From contig NC_010296.1 in NCBI RefSeq assembly GCF_000010625.1, positions 4,020,001 through 4,052,000 of the forward strand: a stretch of 32,000 nt of DNA. The letters run 5' to 3'. Both the position numbers and the translations under genes were made by a program. The notes beneath the pieces were generated by a model, which worked only from the letters and a program-made list of their open reading frames with translations, was not told the origin of the DNA and did no database searches. Below are positions 25,212 to 32,000 of the stretch, piece after piece (the first letter of the stretch is position 1; each line of letters opens with the position of its first letter). This stretch comes from Microcystis aeruginosa NIES-843. GTDB taxonomy: Bacteria > Cyanobacteriota > Cyanobacteriia > Cyanobacteriales > Microcystaceae.

Positions 25212-25425
25212 GAGGGACTGGCTTAAGCCAAAGACAGCAGGTGCGAAACAGCTTAAATACCCTGCCGAGGTCAAAGCGAGAAAACAGCAGCCAAAAAGAC
25301 TAAAGAGAGATATTTTCTGTCTTGGTCGTGCCTGAACTGGATTCTCTCCACTCAACCCCGGCGCTACAAGGGGTTATTTTTGTGCCTGTGGAACCGGTCC
25401 CCCGCATACAGGAGGTGAACAAGGG
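25212..25425 (+). promoter_or_regulatory. Long rplJ 5' leader with a terminator-like hairpin (possible L10 leader/attenuator)
   Basis: The leader is about 200 nt. The hairpin aacccc (25354-25359) / ggggtt (25370-25375) is followed by atttttgtg. A strong SD acaggagg lies before the ATG at 25426. The L10-leader identity was not verified. Confidence 0.4.
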
Positions 25426-25974
25426 ATGGGGAGAAGCAGAGAAAGCAAGGGAGTGATTCTAGAAGAATTAAAAACCTCCCTGAGCGAAGCTCAATTAACG
25501 ATGGTCATCGACTATCAAGGTTTAACCGTCGCCGAAATCAGCAATCTACGCCGCAAATTGCGCCCCACGGGAACGATTTGTAAAGTCACCAAAAATACTT
25601 TGATGGGATTGGCGATCGCTGAAGATAGTGGCTGGGAACCGATGAAAAGCCTTTTATCGGGAACATCCGCCTTTCTGCTCGTAAAAGAGGACATCGGTGG
25701 AGCTTTCAAGGCCTATCAAGAGTTCAAAAAAGAAAGCAAAAAAACCGAACTGCGCGGCGGTGTCCTCAAAGAAGGGACAAAAGGTCAACTGTTGACGGAA
25801 GAGCAGCTCAAAGCGATCGCTGATTTACCGTCGAAAGAACAGTTAATCGCTCAGGTCGCCGGAGCAATCAACGCCATTGCTACCAAACTGGCCCGCAGCA
25901 TCAACGAAGTTCCCGCATCTTTGGCCCGCGCCGTCGATGCCGTGGCCCGTCAAGAAGAAAAAGAAGCGGCTTAA
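25426..25974 (+). CDS. rplJ: 50S ribosomal protein L10
   Basis: 182 aa. MGRSRESKGVILEELKTSLSEAQLTMVIDYQGLTVAEISNLRRKLR is typical L10. Confidence 0.95.
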   Translation: MGRSRESKGVILEELKTSLSEAQLTMVIDYQGLTVAEISNLRRKLRPTGTICKVTKNTLMGLAIAEDSGWEPMKSLLSGTSAFLLVKEDIGGAFKAYQEFKKESKKTELRGGVLKEGTKGQLLTEEQLKAIADLPSKEQLIAQVAGAINAIATKLARSINEVPASLARAVDAVARQEEKEAA

Positions 25975-26017
25975 TACCGCGCCAATCAATCACTTAAAAC
26001 AATTAGGAGTCTAACCC

Positions 26018-26410
26018 ATGTCTGCTGTAGCTGAAATCTTAGAAAAACTCAAAACCCTGACCCTCTTAGAGGCTGCGGAATTAGTCAAAGGTATCGAAGA
26101 AACCTTCGGAGTTAGTGCCGCCGCTCCAACTGGTGGCATAATTATGGCGGCCCCTGGGGCCGCTCCCGCGGCGGCTGCTGAAGCTGTGGAAGAACAAACC
26201 GAATTTAACGTCGTTCTCGAAGAAGTTCCCGCCGACAAGAAAATTGCTATCCTTAAGGTAGTGCGCGAATTGACCGGTTTAGGACTCAAAGAAGCGAAAG
26301 ACCTAGTAGAAGCCGCTCCCAAAGCGGTTAAAGAAGGCACTAACAAAGATGATGCCGCCGCCATCAAGAAAAAACTGGAAGATGCCGGGGCAAAAGTTAG
26401 CGTTAAATAG
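26018..26410 (+). CDS. rplL: 50S ribosomal protein L7/L12
   Basis: 130 aa. It has an Ala/Pro hinge and the C-terminal domain [24 protein letters not shown]...[11 protein letters not shown]. Confidence 0.97.
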   Translation: MSAVAEILEKLKTLTLLEAAELVKGIEETFGVSAAAPTGGIIMAAPGAAPAAAAEAVEEQTEFNVVLEEVPADKKIAILKVVRELTGLGLKEAKDLVEAAPKAVKEGTNKDDAAAIKKKLEDAGAKVSVK

Positions 26411-26514
26411 ATTGCCACTGATTCTGGGGATGTAGATTATATCCCCAGACAAGCTGAAAAGCTCATTTCCTGATACTATAGGATTGTTATAGCAGTCTTG
26501 TAGGATGTCCAACC

Positions 26515-26610
26515 ATGGAAAGCGTCGCTTACATTTTAGTTTTAACTATGGCTTTGTCGGTAATTTTCTTCGCCATCGCCTTCCGGGAACCTCCCCGGAT
26601 TCAAAAGTAA
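26515..26610 (+). CDS. psbT: Photosystem II reaction centre protein T (31 aa), not in the ORF track
   Basis: Manual translation gives MESVAYILVLTMALSVIFFAIAFREPPRIQK*. The FFAIxFREPP motif is diagnostic. The overlapping ORF-track entry 26505-26699 is in another frame. Confidence 0.85.
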   Translation: MESVAYILVLTMALSVIFFAIAFREPPRIQK

Positions 26611-26647
26611 ATTTCTTAACTCCGTTTAGGTTAATAATTTTCTTCCC

Positions 26648-26696
26648 TGAGCCGCCCGCTTGTCAAAAGCAGGTTAGCGGCTCTGGTTTTCGTATT
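26648..26696 (+). terminator. Terminator candidate after psbT
   Basis: Stem gagccgc (26648-26654) / gcggctc (26676-26682) followed by tggttttcgtattt. Confidence 0.5.
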
Positions 26697-26737
26697 TAAA
26701 GGCTTAAATTAAAGGTTCCCCTCACCGAGCGCCTCCT

Positions 26738-27253
26738 ATGCAGTGTCCTCATTGTCAGCATACCGATAGTCGCGTTTTAGAGTCCCGTTCCTCCGAAAAC
26801 GGTCAGAGCATTCGTCGTCGTCGTGAATGCTTACAGTGTAAATATCGCTTCACCACCTACGAGCGCATCGAATTCGTGCCGATCACGGTGATTAAAAAAG
26901 ATGGTAAACGGGAATCTTTTGATCGCTGCAAACTGCTGCGCGGTATCGTCCGCGCCTGCGAAAAAACCGGCATTCCCCCCTCAAGATTAGAGGCGATCGT
27001 CAATGATATCGAATCCCGTCTGCAGCAAGACTCAAAACGGGAGGTAACCAGTCAGGAGATCGGTCAATTAGTCCTAGAATATCTCCGACAAGAATCGGAA
27101 GTGGCCTATGTGCGCTTTGCTTCGGTTTACGGCAATTTTCAGGGAATTAGAGACTTTATCGCCGCTTTAGCGCTGCTGCAATCCTCCGAAATCGAACGCG
27201 CTCATCCTTCTTGGTCTCAAGTGGAAGAAGCCAGCGTGATCACCTCGTCTTAA
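26738..27253 (+). CDS. nrdR: Transcriptional repressor NrdR (zinc ribbon plus ATP-cone)
   Basis: 171 aa. [17 protein letters not shown]...[20 protein letters not shown] is the NrdR signature. Confidence 0.95.
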   Translation: MQCPHCQHTDSRVLESRSSENGQSIRRRRECLQCKYRFTTYERIEFVPITVIKKDGKRESFDRCKLLRGIVRACEKTGIPPSRLEAIVNDIESRLQQDSKREVTSQEIGQLVLEYLRQESEVAYVRFASVYGNFQGIRDFIAALALLQSSEIERAHPSWSQVEEASVITSS

Positions 27254-27256
27254 ATA

Positions 27257-27470
27257 GGCTTTGCGGCAAAAAGTTTTTCCTGGGGGCAGGGTGTGGGGTG
27301 TAGGGTGTAGGGTGTAGGGTTTTACCCATTTTCAGGGGGTCAATTACCTAATTTTCAGGGAAAAAGTCCTGAAATTTTCCCCCCGATCACTCCAATAGGC
27401 GGTACTTTTGGATTTCAAAAAGGTCTAAAAGTCTTATCGAACAATGTTTTTAGATTTATTCAGCAAACCC
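27257..27470 (+). mobile_element. MITE (~214 bp), complete but with a degenerate left TIR, flanked by 6-bp direct repeat TAAATA
   Basis: TIRs ggctttgcggcaa / ttcagcaaaccc. TAAATA at 27251-27256 and 27471-27476. The left copy contains the nrdR stop codon (27251-27253). Confidence 0.85.
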
Positions 27471-27705
27471 TAAATAGTTCCCGATTCAGTTATAATTAGG
27501 ATCCCTTGTGCTATTTAAAGCCCAAGCTCTGGTTAGATTCTTAAGAGTCATTCTTGAGGCGGATTGCCTGCAAGAAAGCCGGATGCGGCAGTTCATCCCC
27601 TAGGCCCTGCCTAGGAACTAAATTGGGAGGCATCTCCTTTATTTAGAAACTGTACATCACATAGGAGGAAAAACCTACGGAAATTCCGAGGCCCAAACAA
27701 CGTAC

Positions 27706-28698
27706 ATGACCACCCAAAAAACCGCAAACAAAAACATAGGCTTTACCCATGAAGATTTTGCCGCCCTTCTAGACAAATACGATTATCATTTCAGTCCGGG
27801 AGATGTTGTCGCCGGGACTGTTTTCAGCATGGAACCCCGGGGAGCGCTCATCGATATCGGTGCTAAAACCGCCGCTTTTATCCCCGTGCAGGAGATGTCG
27901 ATCAACCGCGTCGATAATCCCGAAGAAGTTTTACAACCTAACGAAACCAGGGAATTTTTCATCCTTACCGACGAGAATGAAGATGGACAGCTAACCCTGT
28001 CGATCCGTCGCATTGAATATATGCGCGCTTGGGAACGGGTGCGTCAATTGCAAAAAGAAGATGCTACCGTGCGATCCAATGTTTTTGCCACTAACCGTGG
28101 TGGGGCATTAGTCAGGATTGAAGGTCTCCGCGGCTTTATCCCCGGTTCTCACATTAGCACCAGAGAGGCGAAAGAGGATTTAGTTGGTCAGGAATTGCCC
28201 TTAAAGTTTTTAGAAGTGGATGAGGATCGCAACCGTCTGGTTTTAAGTCATCGTCGCGCTTTAGTGGAACGCAAGATGAACGGTTTAGCCGTGGGACAGG
28301 TGGTAATCGGTTCCGTGCGCGGAATCAAGCCCTACGGTGCTTTCATCGATATCGGTGGAGTCAGTGGTTTACTGCATATTTCCGAAATCTCTCACGATCA
28401 CATTGACACCCCCCACACGGTTTTCAATGTCAATGATGAGTTAAAAGTGATGATTATCGATCTTGATGCCGAAAGAGGTCGCATTTCCCTCTCGACTAAA
28501 CAATTAGAACCAGAACCGGGAGATATGCTCAAAAATCGCCCGTTAGTGTTTGAAAAAGCCGAAGAAATGGCGATTAAATACCGAGAAAAACGTCTAGCGG
28601 AAGCGGAAGGCCGGACCGTCTCGGAAGTAGTGGAAGAAATCGAAGTTCCCCCCGCCTTGGAGGAGGAAGATTTAGTTCTCGCCGCTACCGAAGAGTAA
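27706..28698 (+). CDS. rpsA: 30S ribosomal protein S1 (three S1 domains, cyanobacterial short form)
   Basis: 330 aa. It has repeated S1-domain signatures: GDVVAGTVFSMEPRGALIDIGAKTAAFIP, GGALVRIEGLRGFIPGSHIS and GQVVIGSVRGIKPYGAFIDIGGVSGLLHISEIS. Confidence 0.93.
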   Translation: MTTQKTANKNIGFTHEDFAALLDKYDYHFSPGDVVAGTVFSMEPRGALIDIGAKTAAFIPVQEMSINRVDNPEEVLQPNETREFFILTDENEDGQLTLSIRRIEYMRAWERVRQLQKEDATVRSNVFATNRGGALVRIEGLRGFIPGSHISTREAKEDLVGQELPLKFLEVDEDRNRLVLSHRRALVERKMNGLAVGQVVIGSVRGIKPYGAFIDIGGVSGLLHISEISHDHIDTPHTVFNVNDELKVMIIDLDAERGRISLSTKQLEPEPGDMLKNRPLVFEKAEEMAIKYREKRLAEAEGRTVSEVVEEIEVPPALEEEDLVLAATEE

Positions 28699-28700
28699 GT

Positions 28701-28815
28701 CAGTTATCAGTTATCAGTTATCAGTTATCAGTTATCAGATTTTAGTTTTAAGTGTACAGTATTAAATAAAAGTTTCCTACTGTCTTTTCACTGATTACTG
28801 TTTACCGATCACTAA
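28701..28815. repeat. Bipartite heptamer element after rpsA
   Basis: Five CAGTTAT units plus cag (28701-28738), a degenerate core cagattttagttttaag (28736-28752, its 5' cag shared with the array), an AT-rich spacer, then the inverse arm cactgattactgtttaccgatcact (28789-28813). Confidence 0.8.
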
Positions 28816-28848
28816 AACGTCTCCCAACCCCCCGTTTAATTTCAATCT

Positions 28849-29871
28849 TCAGACACTGCCGATAAATCCTGTAATTCCAGTCATCTCCTCATTAATATTG
28901 GCATCGAGGAAACGATCCAAGTCATCAAAAGTGGTTCCGTAGGCAATAGTGCTATCGTGGTATCCTTTCAGGCTGACGGTATGTTGAGTAAAAACTTGCT
29001 GGAGATGGGGTAAACCGATGAGATAACTGTAGGTAGTGGCTCCGATGGCTAAATCCTTGCCCATTTCTTTGGTAGCCGACTCTAAACGAAAAGCGGCGTT
29101 GACTGTATCCCCGATCGCCGTATAATCTGGATGTTCACCGCTGCCAGTATTGCCGACCATAGCATAACCAGTATTCACTCCCGCACCGATGCGTAATTTA
29201 AAAGGTAAGGGATATTGTTCGCTTAAGGCGCAAGTCATGTTATTTAGTTGTATAATTGCTTGGAAAATTTGCAGGATATCGTCTTGATCGACTTCCTGTT
29301 GGCCGTGAAACCAGATGGCCATGATCGCATCACCAATATATTTATCTACCCAACTGCCGGAACTGCGGATAATACCCCCGGCATGGCGAAACCAACTGCC
29401 AATCAGAGAAGAAAGCACTTTTTCGTCTAATTGCCTCGTTAAAGCCGTAAAATTCCGCATATCTACCACCATCACCGATGTTAAGCGCCGTTCATGGACG
29501 GCGGAGGTGAGGGTATCCCATTCTAAATTGCGCGGTTGCTTGCCCACATTGGTGGGAGCAGGACGATAGAACTGCACCTCGGTTTTGCCAAAGGTGATCT
29601 GCTCTTGGCTATGGATAGTCACTGGAATGGCCACCCTTCTGCCATTGACAAAAGTTCCATTGCGACTACCGAGATCGATCAGATAAAAATCCCCTGTTTC
29701 CGTGGATTGTAGAATAGCGTGATTACGAGAGATACAGTGATCTTTAATCACGATATCGTTATCTTTGCTCCGTCCGATTGTCCAGTAAGATTTCCCCACG
29801 AGAGGGAAAAAACGCTGGCCTCTCTCGGTATGGAGTAGTAAATAGGGATTTTGTCCTAGTAGTATATCCAC
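28849..29871 (-). CDS. FHA-domain adenylate/guanylate cyclase (class III CHD)
   Basis: 340 aa. The N-terminal FHA region is WTIGRSKDNDIVIKDHCISRNHAIL...DLGSRNGTFVNG. The cyclase domain is LTSVMVVDMRNFTALT...KYIGDAIMAIW...GDTVNAAFRLES. Confidence 0.88.
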   Translation of the reverse strand: MDILLGQNPYLLLHTERGQRFFPLVGKSYWTIGRSKDNDIVIKDHCISRNHAILQSTETGDFYLIDLGSRNGTFVNGRRVAIPVTIHSQEQITFGKTEVQFYRPAPTNVGKQPRNLEWDTLTSAVHERRLTSVMVVDMRNFTALTRQLDEKVLSSLIGSWFRHAGGIIRSSGSWVDKYIGDAIMAIWFHGQQEVDQDDILQIFQAIIQLNNMTCALSEQYPLPFKLRIGAGVNTGYAMVGNTGSGEHPDYTAIGDTVNAAFRLESATKEMGKDLAIGATTYSYLIGLPHLQQVFTQHTVSLKGYHDSTIAYGTTFDDLDRFLDANINEEMTGITGFIGSV

Positions 29872-29922
29872 GGGTGCATAAGCGGCAATAGATAGACTGC
29901 GTTAATTATATAGCCTATTGTC

Positions 29923-30624
29923 TTAGGCCAGAGAGGCGGTAATCCAAAATAAACCATCGACTAAAATTGTACTCAATACAGCCCCGCTAAATGCCCACCA
30001 ATGACATCCCCTTTTTTGCAAAGGATAAATACCGATCGCTAAGAGCAGGTTGAGCAGCACGATCGCCCAACTGATGCCCCAGGGGGTCTCAATTTGGGCT
30101 AAGGCGTTATGAAATATCGGCGATACTAGGTTGGGAGCTAGTTCCACGGTCATTAATTGTCGCCAGTAGGGAATTAGTCCCGTTAGATAGAAATATACAT
30201 CGGTGATGGCCGTTCCTAACAAAGAACCCAGATAGAAAAGATTGCCCACTTTGCCACGACCTTTGTATAGTCCCCAGAGAACAAAGGGCAGCCCGATCGC
30301 TTCCATGGGAATATGGATCAACGGTTCCCAACGCCACCAACCCCAGTACAGAGAACCTGCTAACCAACTCCAACTAAAGCCCAAAAGTAAATCCCCCCAA
30401 AGACTGATTTTTTCTTGTTTGAGCAGCCAAACCCCTAACCCCACCCAGAAAAAGGTTAAACCTAGGCTAACTTCGGGATAGTAGCGCACTAGGGGCGCTT
30501 GTATGAATACGGGGACTGATACCAGAAATGCTGCTGTCCAAAAGACGGATTGACATTTTTCCCAGTTAGGGACTAGGGGTTTCAGGCGATCGGGATTGCT
30601 GGAAACTAGGGTAGAGTTGAGCAA
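29923..30624 (-). CDS. Multi-pass integral membrane protein, conserved-hypothetical type (possibly the cyanobacterial DUF3120 family, unverified)
   Basis: 233 aa with about 6-7 hydrophobic helices and Trp-rich segments (WSWLAGSLYWGWWRWEP). The ORF-track start is a TTG, so the true start is uncertain. Confidence 0.6.
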   Translation of the reverse strand: MLNSTLVSSNPDRLKPLVPNWEKCQSVFWTAAFLVSVPVFIQAPLVRYYPEVSLGLTFFWVGLGVWLLKQEKISLWGDLLLGFSWSWLAGSLYWGWWRWEPLIHIPMEAIGLPFVLWGLYKGRGKVGNLFYLGSLLGTAITDVYFYLTGLIPYWRQLMTVELAPNLVSPIFHNALAQIETPWGISWAIVLLNLLLAIGIYPLQKRGCHWWAFSGAVLSTILVDGLFWITASLA

Positions 30625-30787
30625 AGGATTTCAGAATTGTTACGAAACTTTACTCACATTAATATACATCATTCTCTCTCTACTATATCCCCCCTAGGGG
30701 GATTTGGGGAAATTTAAAAATTGTTTTTGGCAATGCGCTATCCTGTTAAAATCGAAACGACAGCAGCGATCGAGGAGTGCAAAAAAT

Positions 30788-31456
30788 ATGGCAGCGGGCC
30801 ATGAAGAAAATCCGAGAATGCCCCTAGATAAAGTTATTTTTGTCATTGCTTGCGTCTATCTAGGTTGGGTGGTGGCATGGCTAATCAGTCAAAAAAATGC
30901 CCCTGTCTCTCAAAATGGCACGATTTCCCAGGAAGAGCAAAAATTTATCGCCTATCTGCAATCATCCCTGGCTATTATCGATCGCCAAGGTCAAACTTCA
31001 TCCCCCGATCCTGATCCTGATCCCCAAAATAACCCTTCTCCGGTAGCCACGGTTCCACCACCACCCCCCGCTAATTTACCGGTTAATAATACTCCCCAGA
31101 TCATAGAAAGAATTTACGTTCCCGTTTATCCCCAAACCCCTGAAACTGCTGCCAAAATTGCCCCGGTTACACCCGCAAATCCCGACATTTCCGCGCCACC
31201 ATTACCGGCTGCCCCCCAAGTGAATCGGCCGTTGGCAGCGGTTATTCCCACTAATAATCAGGTGAAAAATACCCTGGTGGGGGTGATGGATTTAGGCGAT
31301 CGATCTTCAGCTTTATTTGATAATAAGGGGATAACTATGCGTATTTCTCCGGGGGAATTTATCAACGGTTGGACTTTAGTGGAAGTTGGTAGTCAACAGG
31401 TTATTTTGTCTCGCAACGGGCAAACGAAAGTCTTAGAAGTGGGACAATCTTTTTAG
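30788..31456 (+). CDS. Membrane-anchored proline-rich protein with a small C-terminal beta-domain (hypothetical)
   Basis: The ATG at 30788 is preceded by gaggag (30772-30777) and is preferred over the TTG at 30704. One TM helix VIFVIACVYLGWVVAWLI. A long Pro-rich linker (PDPDPDPQNNPSP...PPPPPANLP...). The C-terminus is LVGVMDLGDRSSALFDNKG...GWTLVEVGSQQVILSRNGQTKVLEVG. Confidence 0.65.
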   Translation: MAAGHEENPRMPLDKVIFVIACVYLGWVVAWLISQKNAPVSQNGTISQEEQKFIAYLQSSLAIIDRQGQTSSPDPDPDPQNNPSPVATVPPPPPANLPVNNTPQIIERIYVPVYPQTPETAAKIAPVTPANPDISAPPLPAAPQVNRPLAAVIPTNNQVKNTLVGVMDLGDRSSALFDNKGITMRISPGEFINGWTLVEVGSQQVILSRNGQTKVLEVGQSF

Positions 31457-31634
31457 GGTGAACTACCCGCTGGGCGAGATTGTCGGGGCTTCTGAACTCA
31501 CGGGGGAATGCCTGAAGATAGACTTACGCCCACCTGGCGGATTTGGTATGATAGAGACAATTAGAACAGGTTTGAGAACTAGGGAAAAATCTATCAATCT
31601 CCATCAATAAAACACCTGATTGACAAACATTTTG

Positions 31635-32000
31635 TTAACGAAGAAAATAAACTGTAGCGGTAATAATACTCAGAATTACCACAGTCCAGCGCAGATAACT
31701 AGGAGAGATAATTCTAGCTAGTTTTCCCCCCAATAAACCCCCAATTAAAGAACCAATTGCTACCACTATCGCCGCCGACCAATATACCTGATTAGAAAAG
31801 AGAAAAAACCAAGATGCCGCCACGTTAACCACCAAAGAAAGCAACTGTTTTAAAGCATTTAATCTCGTGAGATTATCCTTGAGAAATAAGCCCAAAATTG
31901 CCAACTCGATCACACCTAAACCCGCTCCAAAATAACCACCATAAATTGAAGCGAGAGCGATGGGTAAAAACGCCCAAATTTCCGGTATATTGCCCTTTTT
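31635..32000 (-). CDS. TauE/SafE-family anion exporter permease, C-terminal part (gene continues past the window end)
   Basis: The frame remains open from 31913 to 32000 ([37 protein letters not shown]...). The [10 protein letters not shown] and [13 protein letters not shown] motifs are typical of TauE/SafE. Confidence 0.75.
   Translation of the reverse strand, partial: KKGNIPEIWAFLPIALASIYGGYFGAGLGVIELAILGLFLKDNLTRLNALKQLLSLVVNVAASWFFLFSNQVYWSAAIVVAIGSLIGGLLGGKLARIISPSYLRWTVVILSIITATVYFLR

Noticed and set aside
25146-25355. 69-aa minus-strand ORF upstream of rplJ
   Set aside because: It lies within the predicted rplJ promoter and leader. It has no motif and no SD, so it is more plausibly non-coding leader sequence.
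26011-26418. 135-aa minus-strand ORF overlapping rplL
   Set aside because: It is antisense to L7/L12. The Ala/Ser-rich sequence is produced by the complement of the Ala-rich rplL codons.
26423-26449. Hairpin tctgggga/tccccaga after rplL as a terminator
   Set aside because: The 8-bp stem is real, but no U-run follows, so it is not called as an intrinsic terminator.
26505-26699. 64-aa plus-strand ORF from the track
   Set aside because: It is in a different frame from the clear 31-aa psbT (26515-26610), and its sequence is not protein-like.
31457-31634. Possible structured RNA in the convergent intergenic region (ccgctgggcg...cgcccacctggcgg)
   Set aside because: The pairing is imperfect, matches no recognisable family and has no downstream gene to regulate. 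It is more likely a 3' UTR or terminator-type structure, and the evidence is insufficient.

Overview
Cyanobacterial chromosomal window. Support: HIP1 GCGATCGC sites, photosystem genes and abundant heptamer STRR-like arrays. The gene content and repeat load resemble Microcystis, but that is inference only. Housekeeping genes are zwf-opcA, pgk, usp, psaL-psaI, a hybrid sensor kinase, cobN, rplJ-rplL, psbT, nrdR, rpsA, an FHA-cyclase, two membrane or proline-rich proteins and a TauE permease. They are interleaved with mobile and repetitive DNA: one complete IS605-family element (tnpA/tnpB), an IS605-family left end plus tnpB stub, an IS1634-like transposase fragment, four copies of a ~210-bp MITE with 6-bp target duplications, two other small palindromic elements, and many CAGTNNN heptamer arrays. 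Between cobN and rplJ (about 15.75-25.15 kb) lies an accessory island. It holds a 5' fragment of an ABC-type ATPase gene cut by an IS end, a truncated exbB, about 790 bp of non-coding DNA, and a 1193-aa RTX-type protein built from near-perfect 561-bp tandem repeats. It also holds an intact two-gene module: a 427-aa ABC/AAA_21-like ATPase and a 228-aa Toprim-like (DUF4276-like) protein. That module is my top candidate for an uncharacterised OLD/PARIS/AbiL-like defence system. Two small photosystem genes missing from the ORF track (psaI, psbT) were found by eye. I recognised no rRNA, tRNA or CRISPR array.
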